From a virus: a stretch of DNA of 38,333 nt. The notes under the pieces were generated by a model. That model was not told the origin of the DNA and searched no databases. It was given only the letters and a program-made list of their open reading frames with translations. The stretch spans positions 1 to 38,333 of the IMG/VR virus record IMGVR_UViG_3300009960_000009. One strand, written 5' to 3'. Shown piece by piece: positions 16,103 to 24,643 of the stretch (the stretch's first letter is position 1; every line of letters begins with the position of its first letter). The position numbers and the translations under genes were made by a program.

Positions 16103-17539
16103 TTACACATCTTCGACAAACGGCAGCGCTAGTTTAACTGATAGTAGCTGCGCGGCTGCTGAGTGCGAGTTAATCACTGCCTCTTCAATAGCTTTTGCGC
16201 TGTCTACAATACCAGCTTCTACTACATCTACAGTCTCGCCAGTTTCGATATTGGTGCCGGTATTATCTTTAAAGACTGAATCGCTGGCTGAGCGGTTAGT
16301 TAGTAGTTCGAAAGGTTTTTTGAAATAATCGAGTTCTAATTTTTTCAAGAATACGCCACCGCCTGGCAAAACGCCATAGTCAAAGGCGGTGCGAGCTGCG
16401 CAAACAGCATCTTCAATGCGAAGTTTTAGTTCTTGACGCTCAGCTTGAGTTGGCGCACCGACAGAAATTCGTACGGTTTTGCCGAGCAAACGCTCGCGAC
16501 GTTCGGTCGAATCAACGCTTTTAGCATATTCAGCTAATGAATCTGGGGAGGTACAACCTGTCAGTGTGGTTTCTGTCAATGAGATAAAAGCAGAATTTAC
16601 AGTGCCTACGTATTCTTCAACGTCAAAATCATCGGCGTTACCAGTATACTGCTCTGTCGATGCGTATTTGGCTATGTCGTTCAAGAACGCGTCGCGGTCT
16701 AATGCGATTGGCTCAACAATAGCAATATCTAAATTACCTTTAAGTTTATTAGCCACGATAGTCTCTAATGCTTGGCCAGATACGTCGGCAACTAACAAAA
16801 TAGGCGATTTATCAGCGCGCAAGCATTTGTCAAGGATAGGCAAGATATCTTCACTTTTAGAAATAAGTTTTGGCAAAACGATGATGGCTGGGTTGTCATA
16901 CTGAGTACGCAGCGTCTGTAGATTGTCTGCTAATGCTGGCACTCGTAATCCCTTTTTAAAAGTAAACCCGTTAATCGTTTCAGACGATATCTGATTTTCT
17001 GGAGTTTCGACAACAGCGACGCTGCCGAGCTTACCGACGCTCGACACCGCATCTGCTACCATCTCACCGATAGCTGTATCGCCAGCAGAAATTACTGAGA
17101 CATGGCGCAGCAGTTCGTCGTTACATTCTAGCTTTTCTGCTTCAATTTTTTTCAGCACTTCGGCCACCGTCTGATTAATACGGCGCTGAGCTTCACGCGG
17201 CGTCAGGTCTTGTCTGCGCCAGTAATCGTACGCCAATTTCGTGAGCACGATTGTGAGCGTTGTAGAATCGCCAGCATTTCGATTAGTTCGCTCGCTAGCT
17301 TGTCTAACCACTGAAATAACCGAATTTTCGATTGAATCTTCTATAACTAAGTTTTTGACGTTAGTGATGCCGTCGTGCGAAATTAACGGCTCGCCAAAAC
17401 GCGGCTCAATCATGACGTTGCCAGAGTTAGCGCCGTATGAGGCCAACGCGACCTCGCAAATCGCGTTAACACCATTTTCAACAGACTTCTGGATTTTTTC
17501 GCCAGAAACGATTTTTCTGATTAAATTACGCTTTGGCAT
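16103..17539 (-). CDS. groL: Phage-encoded GroEL-family chaperonin (Cpn60), 478 aa. It lacks the GGM tail.
   Basis: NAGDSTTLTIVLTKLA resembles the GroEL AGDGTTTATVL motif. IEDAVCAARTAFDYGVLPGGGVFL resembles [23 protein letters not shown]. C-terminal AAAQLLSVKLAL. Confidence 0.8.
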   Translation of the reverse strand: MPKRNLIRKIVSGEKIQKSVENGVNAICEVALASYGANSGNVMIEPRFGEPLISHDGITNVKNLVIEDSIENSVISVVRQASERTNRNAGDSTTLTIVLTKLAYDYWRRQDLTPREAQRRINQTVAEVLKKIEAEKLECNDELLRHVSVISAGDTAIGEMVADAVSSVGKLGSVAVVETPENQISSETINGFTFKKGLRVPALADNLQTLRTQYDNPAIIVLPKLISKSEDILPILDKCLRADKSPILLVADVSGQALETIVANKLKGNLDIAIVEPIALDRDAFLNDIAKYASTEQYTGNADDFDVEEYVGTVNSAFISLTETTLTGCTSPDSLAEYAKSVDSTERRERLLGKTVRISVGAPTQAERQELKLRIEDAVCAARTAFDYGVLPGGGVFLKKLELDYFKKPFELLTNRSASDSVFKDNTGTNIETGETVDVVEAGIVDSAKAIEEAVINSHSAAAQLLSVKLALPFVEDV

Positions 17540-17813
17540 CGAAACCTCGCAATTCTTTTAATGGCAAAAATACATACTCGTCGTCGCCAATTTTGATTGG
17601 CTCGCCTTCATTAAACGGCTCGAAATAAACAGTTTTGCCAACTGCCATATCATACGAATACATTGCTTTTAATTCTGTATCTTTACCTGTTTTGAAGTCA
17701 ATCATAACACCGCAACTTCGCCGTTCAAATCTCTGCTTTTCGCTGGACAGTCCCGAAGCATATTTCTTTTCGAGCCGTATAAGCGCGTAACCTGGTAATG
17801 GCTTCAAATTCAT
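17526..17813 (-). CDS. groS: GroES-like co-chaperonin (Cpn10).
   Basis: MNLKPLPGYALIRLEK... VGKTVYFEPFNEGEPIKIGDDEYVFLPLKELRGF has the GroES pattern. 14-nt overlap with groL. Conserved translation-initiation element upstream. Confidence 0.7.
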   Translation of the reverse strand: MNLKPLPGYALIRLEKKYASGLSSEKQRFERRSCGVMIDFKTGKDTELKAMYSYDMAVGKTVYFEPFNEGEPIKIGDDEYVFLPLKELRGFDAKA

Positions 17814-17871
17814 TTTTTATAGCCCTTTCTTTTATTACTCTACCTCTATAATATCATACTTTTGAACAAAT

Positions 17872-17901
17872 AAAAATAGCCCCCGTGTCTAGGCTATTTT
17901 T
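17872..17901. terminator. Bidirectional rho-independent terminator: AAAAATAGCC-(10 nt)-GGCTATTTTT.
   Basis: Perfect 10-bp stem flanked by an A-run on one side and a T-run on the other, between minus-strand gene 17987..18478 and groS. Confidence 0.7.
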
Positions 17902-17986
17902 ATGTGAAACATAGGGAACATCCAAGGTAGTCGAGAAAAAGAAAGGGTTAGTTTCATAAACTCGACCACCCCTATTCTAGCACATC

Positions 17987-18478
17987 TCAGGCAGAAATAA
18001 AAGCCCAGAAATATGCGTTTGCTGAAACGGCGACTTCTGCAGTACCAATCACTTTGGTAGCTCCAGTTTTAACACCGCAGAACTGGTTTTGATTAATTTT
18101 AACTGCGGTGCCTTTAGGAAATGGAGCGTCTAGGTGATCGCTGAGTGACACTACACCAGATTTTGTTAGACCATCAACCAGATACTGAGCTTTGTCGACA
18201 AGAGCGATTCCGTCTTCATAGACATCTGGATTCGACGGACCAGCAGCTAAGGTCAACATGCCATCACCGACTTTAGCGTCATCTTTAGTTGTCGATGAGT
18301 GCGCTGGTGCGGCAGCAGCTTCGACTGTAGCGCCTGCTGCAAGAGCAGTGCCACCATTTTTAGCATAACGATAAATGCGTCCGTCTGCTGTTCGTGCAAT
18401 TTGCCCGAGCACACCTTGTTTGTCAGTAGTGACTTCATGCAGCTGTGTTGCTGTTAGGGTTTGATTTACGCTTCCCAT
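17987..18478 (-). CDS. Hypothetical Ala-rich protein.
   Basis: ORF with AAAGGA RBS 8 nt upstream. Followed by the terminator. Confidence 0.5.
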   Translation of the reverse strand: MGSVNQTLTATQLHEVTTDKQGVLGQIARTADGRIYRYAKNGGTALAAGATVEAAAAPAHSSTTKDDAKVGDGMLTLAAGPSNPDVYEDGIALVDKAQYLVDGLTKSGVVSLSDHLDAPFPKGTAVKINQNQFCGVKTGATKVIGTAEVAVSANAYFWAFISA

Positions 18479-18680
18479 GTGAAAATCCTTTCGTTATTTT
18501 TACAACTTAATTTTACAGTATTTTGACTTGCTTGTGTTGAATTTGTTCAATGATATTGCTATGTTTATTTCTGTGAGATAATTAGATAAAAATTGAACGA
18601 CGAAATGAGCCAGACAGGATTATCTCACACAATTTTCAATTTTTTCTGGCTGGCTTTTTTCGTGGAATAGGGAGTACTTA

Positions 18681-19430
18681 ATGTACGATTTTGAAAATCA
18701 GCAAGTGGTTGAGCCACCTCGTCAATTTACTGGTGTCTGGATACCAAAAGAAATATTGTTAAACGATAGGTTAACTGGCGCTGAAAAAATACTGTACGCC
18801 GAAATTGCTAGCTTTGGCGATAAAGGCTGTTGGAAGAAATCCGAAGAACTAATGTCGCTTACTGGTGTTAGAACTTCTACTTTTCAGGCTTCGTGTCGCA
18901 AATTAGTGTCTCTTGGCTATATCACTCAAAAACGACAATACGGCAGAATGGTCAGATGGTCTAATTTAGGGTTTAGTACTAACCAAAATACAAGCTGTTC
19001 ATCAACGTATAATTCACATCAACGTAAAAATCAACGGGATGTACCCGTTAAAAATCAACGGGATGTACCCGTTAAAAATCAACGCGTTCATAAAGATAAC
19101 ACAAAAGATAACACAAAAGATAACACAGTCTATGAACGCGAGCGTTCAGGTCGTGCTGACGATGAGGTTGCAAGATTGTACTACCAAGTAGTTAAAGCTC
19201 TATCGTTACCAGTGACTAACCACAACGTTTTAAGAGCTAAAATTGCTGAGATGAAAAAAACTTATCAAGAGAACGTCTGTATCGATTATCTGACATTTAT
19301 GCGCGACAACTACGCTTCATGGCAAACTCGTTACAAACCGCAAATCAACAACGCGCTTGATATCTATGCGAAGTCGATGCAAATTATGAGACGATTGAAA
19401 GACGATCAACAGAAACAGGAGGTGTTCTAA
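18681..19430 (+). CDS. Replication initiator / replisome-organiser-like protein (N-terminal winged helix) with an internal iteron-encoded peptide repeat.
   Basis: FTGVWIPKEILLNDRLTGAEKILYAEIASFGDKGCWKKSEELMSLTGVRTSTFQASCRKLVSLGYI has the DnaD / phage Rep winged-helix pattern. The central region reads KNQRDVPVKNQRDVPVKNQR...KDNTKDNTKDNT. Confidence 0.6.
   Translation: MYDFENQQVVEPPRQFTGVWIPKEILLNDRLTGAEKILYAEIASFGDKGCWKKSEELMSLTGVRTSTFQASCRKLVSLGYITQKRQYGRMVRWSNLGFSTNQNTSCSSTYNSHQRKNQRDVPVKNQRDVPVKNQRVHKDNTKDNTKDNTVYERERSGRADDEVARLYYQVVKALSLPVTNHNVLRAKIAEMKKTYQENVCIDYLTFMRDNYASWQTRYKPQINNALDIYAKSMQIMRRLKDDQQKQEVF
19017..19126. repeat. Candidate replication-origin iterons inside the rep gene. 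A 24-bp unit AAAAATCAACGGGATGTACCCGTT occurs twice, each with the palindrome AACGGG-ATGTA-CCCGTT, followed by a degenerate third copy that contains a different palindrome (AACGCGTT). AAAGATAACAC then occurs three times.
   Basis: Exact tandem repeats at 19026..19049, 19050..19073, 19074..19090 and 19091..19123. Confidence 0.6.
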
Positions 19431-19432
19431 AA

Positions 19433-19726
19433 ATGTTCGAGATTACAACTTATGATGGCGAGGTTTATCAAATCATTCAAAACGATCCAAAACGCATTGC
19501 CGAGTTGGCTCATCGGCTGGACCTCGTTCCAGTGCGTCTAGTAGGCGGAGAAGTGCGTTATTTTGCAAAAGGCAATGTTAGTAGCATTTCTTATCGAAAA
19601 ACGCAGCAGGAGGCACTAGACGACGCGAGAGAGGCTATTGCGAAAGACAAGCAATCACGAAATGATGCTGAGACCACTAAATTAGCCGAAAACAGCCAAA
19701 AAAGACTGGAGAAAAGCAATGATTAA
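19433..19726 (+). CDS. Hypothetical protein.
   Basis: ORF tightly packed after rep. Confidence 0.45.
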   Translation: MFEITTYDGEVYQIIQNDPKRIAELAHRLDLVPVRLVGGEVRYFAKGNVSSISYRKTQQEALDDAREAIAKDKQSRNDAETTKLAENSQKRLEKSND

Positions 19727-19991
19727 TACAAACGAAGCTAAACGATGGCAATGGCTAGTGCGTGTTCTCGATCCAAAAAATTCAATCGACAAAAAAGCAA
19801 TTGACCATTTGAACGCTGGGTTCTGTTACTACCTGCTAGCACCACCATCAGCTATGCAAAAATTCTACATTGTTGGTTACAAACATTTTGGCGGACCGAT
19901 TCCTTACTATGCTGAGCCAGCAGATGAATTGCAATCCAAACGCTTAGATGAATTAGATACCACTAGATATTACGCCACAAGCTTATTGTAG
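19719..19991 (+). CDS. Hypothetical protein.
   Basis: ORF with an 8-nt overlap to the previous gene. Confidence 0.45.
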   Translation: MINTNEAKRWQWLVRVLDPKNSIDKKAIDHLNAGFCYYLLAPPSAMQKFYIVGYKHFGGPIPYYAEPADELQSKRLDELDTTRYYATSLL

Positions 19992-20044
19992 ACAAAATAC
20001 ACCTCTGTTGTTCAGAAAATAATAAGCAGCTAACCATAAAACTA

Positions 20045-20073
20045 TTGACATTGTTATAACGCTTTGCTACAAT
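20045..20073 (+). promoter_or_regulatory. Sigma70 promoter: -35 TTGACA, 17 nt, -10 TACAAT.
   Basis: ctaTTGACAttgttataacgctttgcTACAATgaaa, then the AATAAAAGAAAGGGTTAAGATG element. Confidence 0.65.
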
Positions 20074-20103
20074 GAAAATATCATCAATAAAAGAAAGGGT
20101 TAA

Positions 20104-20371
20104 GATGACAATTACAAAAATACCAGTTCATAGAAAAGCGGCATTTATCGTCGTTCATGTTGGCGAGCCAGTGAAAGATAAAACCTTCGGCGGTAATAAA
20201 TTTCGCGAAGTGAAATTTATTAGTAAGGACGGCAAACTTCTAAAAGTCTCGCTATACGACAGTAGATTCGACGACCTGAAAGGCATTCTTGTTGAAGAGA
20301 ATGTCGTTGAACTCGATTACAATACTGAACTAAAAAGCATCCATACGATAAACGGACACAGGTGGAATTAA
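20104..20371 (+). CDS. Hypothetical protein. The start is refined to the ATG after the conserved element (the track start at 20072 is upstream).
   Basis: MTITKIPVHRK... preceded by AAAGAAAGGG. Confidence 0.5.
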
Positions 20372-20417
20372 GATGACGCAAGTAGTATTTGACCGAGCTT
20401 TGTCGAGGGAGGCCTAG

Positions 20418-21188
20418 ATGGAAAAACCTATTGAAAATGTTGACCACTGGTCATACTCATCGGCCAAAAACATCTACCACAGCGGCATTGATTACGCTGT
20501 CGGGTTGAAGCTTGGACTGATTGAGAAAACCTACAGCAAGGCTGTAGACATTGGCAAATTAGCACACGCACACCTACTTGGCGGCGAACAAGAGTTTGTG
20601 GTCAAGCAATATCCAGACTATCGCACGAAAGAGGCGAGAGACTGGCGTGATGCACAGACTCTACCAATCATTGACGAAGCCGAGTTTGAAACGATTTGCA
20701 CAATCGCCGAGCGAATTAAAAGCCATCCGCTGGCAAATCAGCTGGTGCTTGGCAAGAACGCTCGCCACGAAATACCACTTAAAGCAAAAATCGAGGGCAA
20801 AGACTGGGTTGGTCGAGCTGACGTCGTTGGCGTCCAGGACGATGAAATCAAGTATTGTCTCGATGTCAAAACCACTGCTAGGTTCGACGACTTCAAGTGG
20901 GAAGCACGCCGAATGGACTATGACCTGCAGGCAGCACTCTATTCACTGATCGCCGAGTGCGAGAGTAAAGAGTTCTTCTGGGTCGTGGCCGAGACGGTCG
21001 CACCGTACCGCGTTGGTGTCGCAACAGCATCGCCAGAGTTTATCGATAGCGGCTTTGTAAAGCTAGAGCGAATCGTTAGCGAAATCAAACGCTTTGATAA
21101 ACGAGCTGGCAAGACAGACCTCGAAAAGGTCAACTTTAACATAAACGAAACCATGGACGACATCCTTGTTCTTGGAGATTGGAGCTAA
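20418..21188 (+). CDS. PD-(D/E)xK exonuclease (YqaJ / lambda-Exo-like), the partner of RecT.
   Basis: ...GRADVVGVQDDEIKYCLDVKT has the D...D/E.K signature. It lies directly upstream of, and overlaps, recT. Confidence 0.6.
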   Translation: MEKPIENVDHWSYSSAKNIYHSGIDYAVGLKLGLIEKTYSKAVDIGKLAHAHLLGGEQEFVVKQYPDYRTKEARDWRDAQTLPIIDEAEFETICTIAERIKSHPLANQLVLGKNARHEIPLKAKIEGKDWVGRADVVGVQDDEIKYCLDVKTTARFDDFKWEARRMDYDLQAALYSLIAECESKEFFWVVAETVAPYRVGVATASPEFIDSGFVKLERIVSEIKRFDKRAGKTDLEKVNFNINETMDDILVLGDWS

Positions 21189-21958
21189 TAGTGACAGAGA
21201 CAGCTATTCAAAAAACAAGCAACACACCGCTGACCTTACAGCAATTAGTAAAGTCTGACGCGATTATGAAGTCGGCTGAGCGTACGCTTGGCGAAAAAGG
21301 CAGGCAGTTTCTGACAAGCGTGCTAGCACTAGCGAACAGCAGTCCAGCAATCGCCAAATGCGACCCGATGACAACATACAACGCTTGTCTGACAGCAGCG
21401 ACATTAGACTTGCCAGTCAATCAAAACCTAGGTTTTGCCTACATCGTGCCATACGCTGGCAAGGCTCAATTCCAGATGGGCTGGCGCGGATTTGTGCAGT
21501 TAGCGATGAAGACAGGTCAATTTAAAAGTTTAGGAACTAGAGCTGTTTACGAAAGCGAGCTGGTTGGCGTCGATTCGTTTACTGGTGAGCCAGAGTTTAA
21601 CTTTAATATTGAGAAAGGTGGTAAGATTATCGGCTATATGGCGTATTTCGTGCTACTGAACGGTTTTCGCAAAGCTGAGTTTATGACTAACGACGAGCTT
21701 GAGAAACATGCGAAGCGATATTCAAAAACCTATAAAAGTGGCGGCGGCGTTTGGAAAGATAATTTTGACGCAATGGCGAAAAAGACAGTGCTCAAATTAC
21801 TGTTGGGACGTTACGCGCCACTAAGCATTGAAATGAAAACAGCGATTATTGAGGATCAGAAAGCCGGTGGCGAGTATGTCGATAATAAGCCAGGCTCGTC
21901 GCTAGAAGTCGAAGATGCTGAGGTAATTTTAGAGGAAGACAATGGCAGCAATAAATAA
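21179..21958 (+). CDS. recT: RecT-family single-strand annealing protein.
   Basis: GFAYIVPYAGKAQFQMGWRGFVQLAMKTGQ is the RecT core motif. Confidence 0.75.
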   Translation: MELIVTETAIQKTSNTPLTLQQLVKSDAIMKSAERTLGEKGRQFLTSVLALANSSPAIAKCDPMTTYNACLTAATLDLPVNQNLGFAYIVPYAGKAQFQMGWRGFVQLAMKTGQFKSLGTRAVYESELVGVDSFTGEPEFNFNIEKGGKIIGYMAYFVLLNGFRKAEFMTNDELEKHAKRYSKTYKSGGGVWKDNFDAMAKKTVLKLLLGRYAPLSIEMKTAIIEDQKAGGEYVDNKPGSSLEVEDAEVILEEDNGSNK

Positions 21959-22400
21959 CGTAACCTTAATCGGTCGCGTCGTCCGAGATATTGAAGTCAA
22001 AACGACGAACAGCGGCAAGTCCATAGCCTCATTCGCCTTAGCGGTTGACGGCTACGGCAAAGATGCCGACGCTAGTTTCATCGATTGTGTTGCCTGGAAT
22101 AAAGCTGCCGAGCTACTGGCAGAGTATGCACCAAAAGGCAAGCAAATTGGCATAACTGGCAGATTGCAAACGAGAATCTGGGAAAAGGACGACATCAAGC
22201 GTAAAGCCACTGAAGTCATCATCGACCAGTTCCAGTTCTTGAGTAACGCCAAGGGCAGCGGCAATAACACTGCGCCGGCTACTGAGCGATACGCCGAAGA
22301 TGATGCCAAAGCGGCAAATACAACAACTAACCAAGCAACGAAAACAACCGAGGATATCGACCTCGACGCGCCGATTGATTTGAGTGAAATACCATTTTAA
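21942..22400 (+). CDS. ssb: Single-stranded DNA-binding protein.
   Basis: OB-fold N-terminus (VTLIGRVVRDIEVKTT..G). Acidic tail DIDLDAPIDLSEIPF, the SSB C-terminal D-I-P-F type. Confidence 0.75.
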   Translation: MAAINNVTLIGRVVRDIEVKTTNSGKSIASFALAVDGYGKDADASFIDCVAWNKAAELLAEYAPKGKQIGITGRLQTRIWEKDDIKRKATEVIIDQFQFLSNAKGSGNNTAPATERYAEDDAKAANTTTNQATKTTEDIDLDAPIDLSEIPF

Positions 22401-22411
22401 GGAAAGGAGAA

Positions 22412-22617
22412 GTGTGCCAGGAACAAAAGTGGGCGGACTCAAAGCTCGCGAGACAAACTTAAAGAATAACCCCAATTTCTATCGTGAAATTGGTAAACTG
22501 GGGGGGCAGAAGTGTTGCAGGAAAGGTTTTGCTGTCAATCCAGAGCTAGCACGAATAGTTGGCGCTAAAGGCGGTAGAAAAAGCCGGAGGAGTAAGAAAA
22601 CAAATGTTACGATATAG
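22412..22617 (+). CDS. KGG-repeat stress-protein homologue (YciG / con-10 family), GTG start.
   Basis: AAGGAG then GTG. NPNFYREIGKLGGQK...GFAVNPELARIVGAKGGRKS has the duplicated KGG motif. Confidence 0.5.
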
Positions 22618-22676
22618 AAGAAAACAGAGAAGACTGGTTGATTTATTTTGGAATTAAGAAAGGAGAACAAGAATAA

Positions 22677-22799
22677 TGTCGGCGATGACAGTAGTCTCTT
22701 GGATTGGCGCAGTATTGCTTGGAGCTATCGCAATTTTAGTGTTAGTAGCGACCATTATATTGGTTGTGATTGTCATAAGAGCAATAATCGAAACGTAAA
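22677..22799 (+). CDS. Small hydrophobic membrane protein (40 aa, MSAMTVVSWIGAVLLGAIAILVLVATIILVVIVIRAIIET). It is not in the track.
   Basis: AAAGGAG RBS 8 nt upstream of ATG. One TM helix. Confidence 0.5.
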
Positions 22800-23640
22800 C
22801 GCCATTAACCAATGACCTGTCATATGTCGAAAAACTGGGCTAGATTAAACCAATTTCCCCACTTGGGAAAAATGGTTTAGAACATTAACAATTCGACCGC
22901 ATAACTGGATAGACAACTGAGGTCTCGCCTTAGAACCGTGCCATTCCCGAGAGGACATGGAAGGTTGTCTATTCAACTGGACAGATGATATGCACATCCT
23001 TTCCTAGGGCGCGCCAACGCCACCTCGGCGCGTGACCGAAAAATCGTGAAACGTTGTGAGTCAGTTTTTAAACATTTTCAATGCGGTGCAACGTGTATCG
23101 TCTGTTCAACTGGTAGCATCAGTACCTTCAAACGACCAACGCCAAAAGGCGCAAATACTGTAGCGCTGGTGCTATCAAATGGCAATATCAGTGTCTAAGC
23201 CTTTTATTTGCTTATAGAATTGAGCGCAGGTGGAAATCGGCTCAATCTGGTGTTGTCACTGGCTATATAAGTGGCGGAATAGGTAGACGCTCATAAGCAG
23301 CAGGTTAAGAGTTATTGGATAGCCAACTCAAAGAAACCAAAAGTGCCGTATGAAAAATAGCGCAGCTGCTCGGAAATTGTGATGTGACTATACGAGTACT
23401 GAAACGACGCTACAGTAGCATTATTGCTAACGCGTGAAGGATTGAAGCCTCTTGTCAAATCATCACCTTATATAGCCGATACTGGCAATAGTTGAAGCAT
23501 CTGCCGTAACGAGACAGCTCTGCGTGCGAGGTTGTGTACCAAAGTGTTAGCTTGACCGTCAGGAATTAAAAGAAGCAACCTTAAAGTATCCACCGCTCTT
23601 GCCAGTACCAGTTATGCGGTTGAATATAAGAATAATAAGG
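22800..23640. ncRNA. ORF-free ~840-bp region with multiple local and long-range inverted repeats. Candidate structured ncRNA or cis-acting element.
   Basis: No ORF >=60 aa in any frame. ATAGACAAC (22909) pairs with GTTGTCTAT (22966). CGCGCC pairs with GGCGCG (23010-23035). GGCTATATAAG (23261) pairs with CTTATATAGCC (23468). CAACTGG recurs 3 times. Confidence 0.35.
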
Positions 23641-23661
23641 AGAAGATAAAGAAAGAGCTAT

Positions 23662-24102
23662 ATGGGATTCATGATAACAATCAAAGTAGATGGCGGGAAA
23701 GAGCTGTATATATCAAATGGCTACGGAGATTTTTCGGTTGGTCCTCTTGATAAACTAGCTCGTAAGTATCGGCACACTGGTACTTATGATGACCAAGATG
23801 GGTGCTTTGAAGTAGAGATACCCAATGTTGATAACCTGGCAGACGCATTGGCTGAGATTCAGCAAATAGCTGAAGAGAAGATTGGCGAGAGAGTTTGGAA
23901 CTTAAAACTTGACATATCGTACGACCAAGATTCTAAACAATACGTTGCAGACCAAATTGGTCTTGACGATGGCTGCTATGCCTTGGTTGTTGGTAGAGTG
24001 TTTAACTATCTGTTTGAACAGGGCTGTTTACGTTTTGATGGCACCACTAAAAGTGGCTTTAGACTGAAAGACGGTAAGAAGATTATCTTAAGGGGTAGTT
24101 AA
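23662..24102 (+). CDS. Hypothetical protein.
   Basis: AAGGAG RBS. A degenerate copy of the conserved translation-initiation element (ATAAAGAAAGAGCTATATG) lies upstream. Confidence 0.5.
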   Translation: MGFMITIKVDGGKELYISNGYGDFSVGPLDKLARKYRHTGTYDDQDGCFEVEIPNVDNLADALAEIQQIAEEKIGERVWNLKLDISYDQDSKQYVADQIGLDDGCYALVVGRVFNYLFEQGCLRFDGTTKSGFRLKDGKKIILRGS

Positions 24103-24156
24103 GATAATATCATCAACTAAACCACTAATTTTGTGGACATGAGAAAGGAGATGCCA

Positions 24157-24426
24157 ATGAGAATATCAGATATTTCAGATGATGACCTTGTTTTTCTAAG
24201 GCCAGATGGAACTCCATCAGAAAATGCTATTTATACTCAAGAAAACAAAGATGGTGAGATTATGTTTTTTGAATTACTAGGACAGTCAAAGCTTAACGGT
24301 ATAAAGCTAACTATAGACGGTAAGGAACCTTATCGCAGGCTACTTATTCGTCGAGTTTATCCAGCTATTAAAAATCAACCAACGGTCAACGAAAATAACA
24401 GAGGCGAGAATGATGAAAAGCAGTAA
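24157..24426 (+). CDS. Hypothetical protein (start refined to the ATG 6 nt after AAAGGAG).
   Basis: gagAAAGGAGatgccaATGagaata. Confidence 0.45.
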   Translation: MRISDISDDDLVFLRPDGTPSENAIYTQENKDGEIMFFELLGQSKLNGIKLTIDGKEPYRRLLIRRVYPAIKNQPTVNENNRGENDEKQ

Positions 24427-24643
24427 TAAATCAATCAACGGTCAACGAAAGTCGATTTCCAAAGATGCTGTTGTTGCTTTCCTGAGTCTGCTAGTTTTTG
24501 TCCTACTGCTTGGCTTTAGTTCCAGTATAAGCAGCTACGATTTTGACAAGCAATCTGAGTTGTCTGCTCGTTGTAGGTCTATGGGTGGGCAGATTGGAAA
24601 CGGCAAGTGTTTTAAGGAAGGGAAGGAGATATGGCAAAACTAA
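24410..24643 (+). CDS. Small TM protein with C-terminal C-x10-C loop (ARCRSMGGQIGNGKCFKEGKEI), paralogue A.
   Basis: TM segment VVAFLSLLVFVLLLGF. Conserved C-terminus shared with 24842..25084. Confidence 0.5.
   Translation: MMKSSNKSINGQRKSISKDAVVAFLSLLVFVLLLGFSSSISSYDFDKQSELSARCRSMGGQIGNGKCFKEGKEIWQN

Noticed and set aside
17925-17960. Extra plus-strand copy of the conserved element (GAGAAAAAGAAAGGGTTAGTTTCAT) as a gene start.
   Set aside because: No ATG within reach and no downstream ORF. It lies between the terminator and a minus-strand gene. It is probably a degenerate remnant or a promoter-associated fragment.
18479-18680. Clear sigma70 promoter and rho-independent terminator in the rep upstream region (AGCCAG...CTGGCT followed by TTTTTT).
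   Set aside because: The inverted repeat has only a 5-6-bp stem with a ~30-nt loop, and the -35/-10 candidates are weak or ambiguous. It is too uncertain to list as a feature.
22800-23660. Possible tRNA, tmRNA or CRISPR array in the ORF-free island.
   Set aside because: No GTTCGAATC-type T-arm or cloverleaf could be assembled by eye, and there are no regularly spaced identical repeats. It is kept only as a generic structured-RNA candidate. tRNAscan should confirm.
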